Shown here: positions 37,449-48,600 of the stretch, piece after piece
Position numbering within the stretch: position 1 is the stretch's first letter
Layout: every line of letters starts with the position of its first letter
Source of the DNA: Centroscyllium fabricii
Taxonomy: Eukaryota
DNA: 64,000 nucleotides
NCBI GenBank assembly: GCA_051313645.2
Contig: JBNRSN020000003.1
Coordinates: 79,298,001-79,362,000, forward strand
Direction: 5' to 3'
Translations under genes and position numbers: made by a program
The notes under the pieces: model-generated
Seen by the model: only the letters and a program-made list of their open reading frames with translations
Told to the model about the DNA's origin: nothing
Database searches by the model: none

Positions 37449-38799
37449 AAGAGTCGGCGATACAGTGCAGGGCACCGGGCATTTATCAGGACAGAGGTCG
37501 AGCGACTGCTACGGGAGGGGATCAATGAGGCCAGTAACAGCCCTTGGCGGGTCCAAGTCGCAGTGGTTAAGACTGGCGAAAAGCTGCGCATGGTCATAGG
37601 CTACAGCCAGACCATTAACCGCTACACCGGGTTCGACGCATACCCCCTTCCCCGTATCACAGACATGGTCAACCAGATCGCCCAGTAAAAGGTCTTTTCC
37701 ACCATCGACCTTAAGTCGGCATACCACCAGCTCCCCATTCGGGCTGCGGACCGCCGGTACACCGCCTTCGAGGCGAACGAGCGACTCTACCACTTACTCC
37801 GGGTCCCCTTCGGTGTTACTAATGGAGTGTCGGTCTTCCAGCGGGAGATGGACTGAATGGTTGACCAGAACAAGCTGCAGGCCACCTTCCCATACTTAGA
37901 CAACGTCACCATCTGCGGCCATGACCAGCAGGACCATAACGCTAAACTGGACAAATTTCTCCGTACGGCCCGGCGTCTAAACCTCACGTACAACAAGGAT
38001 AAATGTACCTTCAGCACCACCCGCCTTGCCATCCTCAGCTACGTGGTGGCGAACGGGGTCCTCGGCCCCGATCCCAATCGTATGCGTCCCCTGCAGGAGC
38101 TGCCCCTACCCCACAATCTCAAAGCTTTGAAGAGATGCCTGGGGTTTTTCTCCTATTACGCTCAATGGGTGCCCCAGTACTCAGATAAGGCCCGGCCTCT
38201 CCTCAAAGCTACCGCTTTCCCACTCCCGGTAGAAGCCCAGGCGGCCTTCACCCGGATTAAATATGACATCATCAAGGCAACCATGCACGCCATTGATGAG
38301 TCAATCCCCTTTCAAGTCGAGAACAATGCATCGGACTTCGACCTGGCCGCCACCCTCAACCAGGCGGGCAGGCCCGTCGCTTTCTTTCCCCGAACCCTAC
38401 AGGGGCCCAAAGTTCGCCACTCCTCCATAGAGAAGGAGGCCCGAGCTATCGTGGAGGCAGTGCGCTACTGGCACCACTACCTGGCCGGTAAGAAATTTAC
38501 CCTGCTCACGGACCAACGGTCAGTAGCGTTTATGTTTAACAACAAACAACAGGGTAAAATCAAGAATGATAAGATCCTCAGGTGGCGGATCGAACTCTCG
38601 ACCTACGAGTACGACATTCTTTACCGACCCAGTAAGCTCAACGAGCCCCCTGACGCCCTGTCCCGGGGAACGTGCGCCAGTGCCCAGCTCAACAGACTGC
38701 AGGCCCTCCACGATAACCTCTGCCACCTGGGGGTCACCAGGCTCGCTCACTTCGTCAAGCCCTGCAACCTGTCCCACTCCATTGCGGAGATCAAGGCCA

Positions 38800-39119
38800 T
38801 GTCTGTGTGGAGTTTGCACATTCTCCCCGTATCTGCGTGGGTTTCCTCCGGGTGCTCCGGTTTCCTCCCACAGTCCAAAGATGTGCGGGTTAGGTTGATT
38901 GGCAATGATAAATTGACCCTTAGTGTTAGGGGGGTTGAATATGTGGGGTTACGGGGATAGGGTGGGATATGTGTCAATGCAGGCTCGATAGAGATATGGG
39001 GAGAAGGCAGGGGCGGGGTACTGGGTTTGGATGATCAGCCATGATCTCATTGAATGGCGGAGCAGACTCGAAGGGCCGAATGGCCTACTCCTGCTCCTAG
39101 TTTCTATGTTTCTATGTTT
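38800..39119 (+). mobile_element. 5'-truncated HE1-like V-SINE inside the nested Gypsy integrase
   Basis: V-domain through (TTTCTATG) tail. Confidence 0.88.
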
Positions 39120-42100
39120 CAAAGGTCCTCTCCCATCTGCTGACTGCAACACGTACTTTCTCACAGTCATTAACGAGTTCTCCCGCTTCCCCTTTGCCTT
39201 CCCCTGCCCAGACATGACGAGCGCGACGGTGATCAAACACTTCTCAACACTCTTCGTGATCTTCGGTCTCCCCAGCTACATCCACAGCGACCGGGGGTCG
39301 TCGTTCATGAGCGACGAACTGCGTCAGTTTCTGCTCCAGCAGGGGATTGCCTCGAGTAGAACGACCAGTTACAACCCCCGGGGGAACGGTCATGTAGAAA
39401 GGGTGAATGGGATGATCTGGAAGGCCGTCACCTTGGCCCTCAAATCCAGAGGCCTTCCAGTCTCCTGTTGGCAGGAGGTCCTCCCCGATGCGCTACACTC
39501 CATTCGTTCCCTCGTTAATGACTGTGAGAAAGTACGAGTTGCAGTCAGCGGAGGGGAGAGGACCTTTGAAGTCCACCACTAACGCCACACCTCACGACAA
39601 ACTGTTTTCGTTCCCCAGGAAGTTGACTTTGGGGACAGCGCTCCCACTGTGGCTGACCACCGCAGGGCCCGTTTTGCTTAGGAGACGTGTCCGCGGCCAC
39701 AAGACGGACCCCCTAGTGGAACGGGTGCACCTACTCCACGCCAACCCGCAGTACGTGTACGTGGCATACCCGGACGGGCGTGAGGACGTGGTCTCGATAA
39801 GGGACCTGGCGCCCGCCGGTGCCACGGACGCCAAGCCTCTGGCCTAGCCCCGGCTCTGCCAACCGCCACCCATCGGCCACGAGACACCCTGGCCCACCCA
39901 CTCACACAACACACCGGGGCCCTCAACACCGGCAGCTGGGGGAATGATGTCACGCCGCCAGCACCCGTGGCTGACAACACGCCCCAAGCCCTCTGCCTGA
40001 ACCACCGCAACTGGCGCCTCGACGGTCCCTCCGACAGGCAAAACCACCAGAGAGACTGATTACACAATGTTGATGGCGGACTCGGACAAGCATTCACCCC
40101 GCCGGACTCATTCTGCAGAAGGGGTGAATGTGGTAAACCATTATTCCTAATGCCATACCACTGCTGCACTGCTGTCTGTAAATACCTTACTGCTGCCTGT
40201 AAATACCTGTATACTGATACATGCAGGAGCTTGCCCCGGCTGACCCCATCCCTGACTCCACCTCCGGACTCCGGTATATAGGTGCTTGCTCACCCACCTC
40301 TGGTCAGTACACCACGGAGCTCAGCCAAGACACGCTCCATTCTTTAGTGAATAAAAGCCGTATAGTTAAGGTTAACTCTTCGTCTTTGGCCTTATTGACG
40401 GTACATCACTGGGCTACAACGTATATTTTGTCCGCCGCGGCTGCGAGCTTAACACAGTCTGTGATGGGGGACCCGGCGAGGGCCGCTTGGACGTGCTGTG
40501 GGAGCAGGCTCAGGAATAGGGCCCGGAATAAGAAGCACTGAGGTTCTGATCCCAGAAGGGTGAGCATCCAGCTCATCAACTGGGTCGGGGTGGAGTCGCC
40601 AAGGCCTGGCAACGAGAGAAGCCTACGGGCTCTCTCTTCTTGGGACAGGCTGAAGACCTGCAGGAGTCTATTCTTCACTGCGTCATACTTGCCGGTGCCC
40701 GGGGGGTTTCCCAGAAGGTCCATAATTTCGGTGGCCGTGGAGCTCTCTAGGGCTGAAGCTATGTGGAGGTATCATTCCTCGTTGTCCTCAACTTTTTGGA
40801 GCGAGAACTGGGCCTCTGTATGGGTGAACCAGGTGGGCGCTTGGTGTTCCCAAAACGAAGTGAGCTTTAAGGCCACAGCGCTGGTCACCATTGTGCTGCA
40901 TGGGTCAACAGATTTGTCTGTCGACATTGGGGACACCAATGTGGGAGACTGCGGTCTCCCAGCGAAATAATCAGCCGAAAACGAGAGCTTAACGCAATAC
41001 AGGTCTTTACTGCTAAACTCCAAAAACAGAATGAATTCAAAAGCCCGTGAAACGCGTTACAACATCACGGCTGGTCATGTGATCTGAGCTTTCCCCCCAC
41101 TTAAAGGGGATTTTACATGATTAACTATGTACAGACATTTAATCCCCAATGTGGAAACACCACAATACAATGAAGGGTACAGTGAACGAGTATACAAGTG
41201 AGTGGGTACAGTGAATGTGTATACAATGAAGGGTACAGTGAATTGGTATGCAATGAGAGGGTGCAGTGAATGGGTATACAATGAGAGGGTACCGTGAACT
41301 GGTATACCATGTAAGGGTACTGTGAATGTACATAAAATGAGTGATACAATGAATGGGTATACAATGAGAGTGTACAGTGAATGGATTTGCAATGAGAGTG
41401 TACAGTGATGGGGTGTGCAATGAGGGGTACCGTGAAATGGGTACACAATGGAAATGTACTATGAATGTGCATACAACGAGGGATACTATGATTTGGTATG
41501 CAATGAGAGGGTACAGTGAATGGGTATACAATGAGTGGTACAATGAATGTGTATACAATGAGAGGGTACAGCAAATGGGTATACAATGAGAGGGTATGGT
41601 GTCTGGTTATACAATAAGAGGGTACAGAGAATGGATATGCAATCAGCGAGTACAATGAATGGGTATACAATGAAATGTACAGTGAATGGGTATACAATGA
41701 GAGGGTACAGAGAATGGGTATACAATGAGAGGTACAGTGAATGGGTATACAATGAGAGGGTGCAGAGAATGGGTATACAATGAGAGGTACAGAGAATGGG
41801 TATACAATGAGAGGGCACAAAGAATGGCATAAAATGAGGGGTACAGTAAATGAGTATAAAATGAGAGGGTACTGACAATGTGTATAAAATGACAGGGTGC
41901 AATGAGTGGTATACAATGAGTGGTACAGTGAATGGGTATAAAATGAGAGTGTTCAATGAATGGGTATACAATGAGAGAGTACAGTGAATGGGTATACAAT
42001 GACAGGGTACAGTGAATGGGTATACAATAAGAGCATACAGTGAATGTTTATAGAATGATGGGTACAGAGAATGGGTAATAAAAGAGGGGTATAGTGAATG

Positions 42101-44095
42101 GGCATACAATGAGGGATACAAAAAATGGGTATACAATGAGAGGTTGCAGAGAATGGGTATACAATGAAGGGTACAGAGAATGGTTATACAAAGAGGGGTA
42201 CAGTGAATGTGTATACAATGAGAGCGTACAATGAATGTGTATACAATGAGAGGGTACAGAAAATGGGTGTACAATGAGAGGGTACAGTGAATGGGTATGC
42301 AATTAGCGGGTACAGTCAATGGGTATGCAATTAGAGGGTACAGTGAATGGGAATACAATGAGTGGTACAGTGCATGGGTATACAATGAGAGTGTACAGTG
42401 AATGTGTATACAATGAGAGGGTACAGAAATAGGTATACAATGACAGGGTACAGTGAATGGGTATACAATTAGAGGGTACAGAGGGTGCATGCAATGACAG
42501 GCACAAAGAATAGTATAAAATGAGGGGTACAGTGAATAAGTATACAATGCAAGGGTAAAGTCAATGTGTATACAATGACGGTGCAATGTACGGTGTAGAA
42601 TGAGTGGTAGAGTGAATGGGTATAAAATCAGAGTGTTCAGTGAATGGGTATACACAGAGAGTTCAGTGAATGGGTATACAATGAGTGGATACAGTGAATG
42701 GGTATACAATGAGGGGTACAATGAATCGGTATACAATGAGGGGTACAGTGGGTATGCAAGGAGAGGGTACAGAGAATGTTTATACAATGATGTGTACAGA
42801 GAATGGGTAATAAAATAGGGGTATAGTGAATGGGCATACAATGAGGGGTACAGAAAATGGGTATACAATGAGAGGTTACAGAGAATGAGTATACAATGAA
42901 TGGGTACAGTGAATGGGTGTACAATGAGAGGTGACAGTGAATGTGCATGCAATGGGGTGTACAGAGAATGGTTGTACAAAGAGGGGTACAGTGAATGTGT
43001 ATACAATGAGGGGTACAGAGAATGGGTATACAATTAGAGGGCACAGTCAATGGGTGTACAATTAGAGGGTACAGTGAATGGGTATACAATGAGTGGTACA
43101 GTGCATGGGTATACAATGAGAGTGTACAGAGAATGGGTACACAATGAGAGGTTACAGAGAATCGGTATACAATGAAAGGGTACAGTGAATGGGTATACAA
43201 TTTGAGGGTACAGTGAATGTCTATACAATGAGAGGGTACAATGAATGTGTATACACTGAGAGGGTACAGTGAATGTGTATACAATGAGAGGGTACAGTGC
43301 ATGGGTATACAATGAGAGGGGACAGTGAATGGATATACAATTAAAGGGTACAGAGAATGTGTATACAATGAGAGGGTACAGTGAATGGTTATACAATGAG
43401 GGGCATAGTAAATGGGTATACAATGAGAGGGTACAGAAAATGTGTACACAATGAGAGGGATCTGTAAATGTGTATACAATAACAGGGTGACATGAGTGGT
43501 ATAAAATGAGTGGTACAGTGAATGGCTATAAAATGAGAGTTTACAGTGAATGGGTATACCATGAAGGTTACAGTGAATGAGTATGCAGTGAGTGGCTGCA
43601 GTGAAAGCGTATACAATGAGTGGTGCAGTGAAAGGGTATACAGTGAGAGGCTACATTGAATGTGTATACAATGAGGGTACAGAGAATGTGTATACAAGAA
43701 GGGGTACAGAGAATGGGCATACAAAGAGGGATATAGTGAATGGGTATACAATGAGGGGTACAGAGAATGGATATACAAGAAGGGTACAGTGAATGGTTAT
43801 ACAATGAGGGGTGCAGAGAATATGTATACATTGTGTGGTTACAGAGAATGGGTATACAATGAGAGGGTACAGTGAATGGTTATACAAAGAGGGTACAGTG
43901 AATCTGTATATAATGAGGGATACAGAGAATGGGTATACAAAGAGGGGTAGAGTGAATGGGTATACAATGAGGGGTACAGAGAATGGGTATACAATGAGGG
44001 GTACAGAGAATGGGTATACAATGAGAGTGTACAGTGAATGGTTATACAATGAGAGGGTACAGTAAATTGTTACACAATATAAGTGTACAGTGAAT

Positions 44096-44718
44096 GACTA
44101 CCTGTCCATGGTGAAAGATAGCAAACTGAGAAAAACTCTGACAATGTACAGACTTTGCGAGCACAGCCTAGCCATCGAAAAAGGCAGACACAGAAAGACT
44201 TGGCTGCCCAGAGAGGAAAGGCTGTGCTCCCACTGCAGTCAGGGAGTGGTGGAGACAGAGCTGCACTTCCTCACAACTTGCGAAAATTATCAGGGAATAA
44301 GGGGAAATTTCTTCCCAAAATTTGCAACAGCATGCCCTGAATTCAAAAATTTGACCGACCACCAGAAACTCCCATACCTACTAGGGGAACAGAGGGAATG
44401 TATAAAACTTGCGGCAAACTACGTCACAGCTTGCCATAAGCAGAGGGACAACCAGTGACCATTGACATTGAAGCTAGGATGAGCATACAAGCTCTATATG
44501 CGGGTATAAATGTACATGTGTGCGTAACTAATGTACGGTTGTCAATAAGTCTACTAATGTATTATTCTATGTAGTACGTCTACTAATGTATTATTCTTAT
44601 GTATGTTAAAATGCTCTACTAATGTAATATTCTTATGTATGTTGCACTGCTTTGGCAACAACAGTTGATACCATTCATGCCAATAAAGCTTTTTGAATTG
44701 AATTGAATTGAATTGAAT
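44096..44718 (+). mobile_element. RTE-X LINE 3' end with (TTGAA)n tail
   Basis: ORF 44090-44458 is paralogous to 2866-3270; AATAAA then (TTGAA)n; TGAATGA at both junctions. Confidence 0.8.
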
Positions 44719-45316
44719 GAGCATACAATGAGTGGTGCAGTGAACGGGTATACAATGAGAGCTACAGTGAATACGTATACAATGAAATGGTACAGTGATG
44801 GGGTATACAATGAGGGGTACTGTGATTGGGTATACAATGAGAGGGTACAGTGAATGGGTATACAATGAGAGCATACAATCAATGGGTATACAATGATGGG
44901 TACAGTGAATTTGTATACAGTGAAAGGGTACCGTGAATGGGTATGCAATTTAAGTGTACGGTGAATGTGCATACAATGAGGGGTATTATGATTGGGTATG
45001 CAATGAGAGGGTTTAGTGAATGGGTATACAATGAGAGGGTACAGTGAATAGATATACAATGAGCGGGTACAGAGAATGGCTATACAATGAGGGGCACAGT
45101 GAATGGTTATACAATGAGCGGGTACAGTGACTGGTTATACAATGAGAGGGTACAGAGAATGGATATGCAATCAGCGGGTACAATGAAGCGGTATACAGTG
45201 AGTGGCTGCAGTGAAAGCGTATACAATGAGCGGTGCAGTGAAAGGGTACAGAGAATGTGTATACAATGAGAGGGTACAGTGAATGTGCATACAATGACAG
45301 GCACAAAGAATGGTAT

Positions 45317-45635
45317 TGTGGGGAAGCAAAGTTTTCTCACTTTTAAATTATAAAGAATTCGAGGGAAACAGCAGAGCACACTTCAACAAGTCTTTATTCA
45401 ACAACATCAACGTAAAACAGAGCTAAAGGCGCAAAACGGCAGGAAACCATGTGATCCATGAGTGGCAGCGCTATTAGCCTATTAGGGTCCGTGACTGTTG
45501 ATTCCATGGACCAATGGGGCAACGGGGGCGGAACCAACTTACCAAAAGAGGATTATGTCTTAAAGGGAGGCCGGTGTGTCTCTGGCTTCTGCCTTAAAGG
45601 GAGACAGGAGTGCCTCTCTGGGTAGTTACGCTACA
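45317..45635 (-). mobile_element. Solo LTR (319 bp)
   Basis: TGTGG...CTACA termini, 4-bp TSD GTAT, AATAAA on minus near 45393. Confidence 0.85.
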
Positions 45636-48600
45636 GTATAAAATGAGGGGTACAGTGAATAAGTATACAATGAGAGGGTAAAGTCAATGTGTATACAATG
45701 ACAGGGTGCAATGTATGGTGTAGAATGAGTGGTACAGTGAATGGGTATAAAATGAGAGTTCAGTGAATGGGTATACAATGAGTGGGTACAGTGAATGGGT
45801 ATACAATGAGGGGTAGAGAGAATGGGTATACAATGAGGGGTACAGTGAATGGGTATACAATGAGGGGTACAGAGAATGGGTATACAATCAGAGGGTACAA
45901 TGAATCGGTATACAATGAAGGGTACAGTGAATGGGGATGCAAGGAGAGGGTAAAGAGAATGTTTATACAATGATGGGTACAGAGGATGGGTAATAAAAGA
46001 GGGGTATAGTGAATGCGTATACAATGAGGGGTACAGAAAATGGGTATACAATGAGAGGTTACAGAGAATGGCTATACAATAAGTGGGTACAGTGAATGGA
46101 TGTACAATGAGAGGTGATATGAATGTGCATGCAATGAGGGATACAGAGAATGGTTATACAAAGAGGGGTACAGTGAATGTGTATACATTGAGGGGTACAG
46201 AGAATGGGTATACATATAGGTGTATCATGAATGGGTATACAATGGGAGGGTATAGTGAATGGGTATACATTGTAGGTGTACAGTGAATGTGCACACAATG
46301 AGTGGTACAGTGCATGGGTATACAATGAGAGTGTACAGTGAATGGGTATACAATGAGAGGGTACAGTGAATGGTTATACAATGAGAGGGTACAGTGAATG
46401 GGTATACAATTAAAGGGTACAGAGAATGTGTATACAATGAGAGGGCACAGTGAATGGGTAAAGAATGAGGGGCACAGTGAATGGCCATACAGTGAGAGGG
46501 TACAGTGAATGGTTATACAATAAGAGGGCACAGAGAATGGGTATACAATGAGATAGTATGGATAAACAATGAGAGGGTACAATGAGTGGGTACACAATGA
46601 GGGGCACAGTAAATGGGTATACAATGAGAGGAGACAGAAAATGTGTGTACAATGAGAGGGAACTGTGAATGTGTATACAATAACAGGGTGAAATGAGTGG
46701 TATAAAATGAGTGGTACAGTGAACAGTTATAAAATGAATACGGAGAATGGGCATATGAAGAGGGATATAGTGAATGGTTATACAAGAGGGGTACAGTGGG
46801 TATACAATGAGGGTTACAGTGAATGGGTATACAGTGAGAGGGTACAGTGAATGTGTTTACAATGAGGGTACAGAGAATGTGTATACAATGAGAGGGTACA
46901 GAAAATGTGTATACAAGAAGGGGTACATGGAATGGGCATACAAAGAGGGATATAGTGAATGGGTGTACAATGAGGGGTACAGAGACTGGGTATACAATGA
47001 GAGGGTACAGAGAATGGGTATACAAGAGGGGTACAGTGAATGGGTATACAATGAGAGGTACAGGGAATGGGTATACATTGAGAGGTTACAGAGAATGGGT
47101 ATACAATGAGAGTGTACAGTGAATGGTTATACCATGAGAGGGGACCGTGTAGGTGCATACAAAGTGAGGTGCAGATAATGGTTATACAAAGAGGGTACTG
47201 TGAATGTGTATACAATGAGGGGTACAGAGAATGGGTATACAATGAGAGTGTACAGTGAATGGTTATACAATGAGAGGCTACAGTTAATGGTTATACAATT
47301 AAAGGGTACAGTGAATGTGTATATACTGAGAGGGTACACAGAATCGGTCTACAATGAGAGGCGTACAGTGAATGGTTACACAATGAAAGGGTACAGAGAA
47401 TGGATATACAATGGGAGGGTACAGTGAATAGGCATACAATGAGGGGTACAGTGAATGCATATACAATGAGAGGATAACATGAACGGGTATTCACTGTACA
47501 CTTACATTGTATGAGCATACAATGAGTGGTACAGTGAACGGGTATACAATGAGAGTGTACAGTGAATACGTATACAATGAGATGCTACAGTGATGAGGTA
47601 TAAAATGAGGGGTACTGTGATTGGGTATACAATGAAAGGATACAGTGAATGGGTATACAATGAGGGGTACTGTGAATGTGTACACAATGAGAGGGTACAG
47701 TGAATGGGTATACAATGAGGAGTACAGTGAATTTGTATACAGTGAAAGGGTACCGTGAATGTGTATGCAATGTAAGTGTACAGTGAATGTGCATACAGTG
47801 AGTGGGTATACAATGTATACAATGTGATGGTTCAATGATGGGGTGTACAATGAGGGGTACCATGAAATGGGTATGCAATGGAAGTGTACTGTGTATACAA
47901 TGAGGGGTATTGTGATTGGGTATGCAATGAGAAGGTACAGTGAATAAGTATACAGTGAGAGGGTACAGAGAATGGATATGCAATCAGCGGGTTCAATGAA
48001 TCGGTAAACAATGAGAGGTACAGAGAATGGGTATACAATGAGAGGGTACAGTGAATGTGCATACAATGACCGGGCACAAAGAATGGTATAAAATGAGCAG
48101 TACAGTGAATAAGTATACAATGAGAGGGTGTAGTCAATGTGTGTACAATGACAGGGTGTAATGTACAGTATAGAATGAGTGGTACAGTGAATGTGTATAA
48201 AATGAGAGTGTTCAGTGGATGGGTATACAATGAGTGGGTACAGTGAATGGGTATACCGTGAGAGGTCACAGTGAATGGGTATACAATGAGAGGGTACAGT
48301 GAATGGGCATACAATGAGGGGTACAATGAATGTGTATACAATGAGGGTTACATTGAATCGGTATACAATGAGAGGGTACCGTGAACAGGTATACAATGAA
48401 AGTGTACAGTGTGCATAAAATGAGTGGTGCAGTGAATGGGTATACAAGGAGAGTGTACAGTGATTGGGTATACAATGAGGGGTACTGTGATTGGGTATAC
48501 AATGAGAGAGTACATTTAATGGGTATACAATGAGATGGTACAGTGAATGGGTATACAATGAGAGGGTACAGTGAATTGATATACAACAAGGGGTACAGTG

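Larger units (their letters stand above)
34757..40408 (+). mobile_element. Nested Gypsy LTR retrotransposon with YLDN RT and no tRNA PBS (LTRs 34757-35044 and 40129-40408)
   Basis: Paired LTRs, TSD CTGGG, PPT GAAGGGGTGAA. Gag starts MENVLKPERL (35070) with two CCHC knuckles; protease LFDTGS, RT FPYLDNVT, RNase H TDQRS, integrase IHSDRGSSF/GNGHVER. Splits the gag of the outer element. Confidence 0.94.
30762..41164 (-). mobile_element. Gypsy LTR retrotransposon, CsRn1-type lineage, full length and decayed (LTRs 30762-30987 and 40940-41164)
   Basis: Paired LTRs, TSD ATAC, PBS TGGTGTCCCC and PPT GGGGGGGTGCA on minus. Gag C-X2-H-X9-C-X3-C motif (CYYHARFSAKAHRCRPPC), RT FVYLDDIL, RNase H TDAS/DHKPL, integrase HIHMDLVG/SDRGPQF/NGLCERFHR. 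Confidence 0.93.

Noticed and set aside
41486-43033. Long minus-strand ORFs (up to 515 aa) rich in YTHSLYPLIV / HCIPIHCT, and many similar ones across 1-49512
   Set aside because: Translations of the satellite; the same peptides appear in all three frames, with no splice or domain structure.
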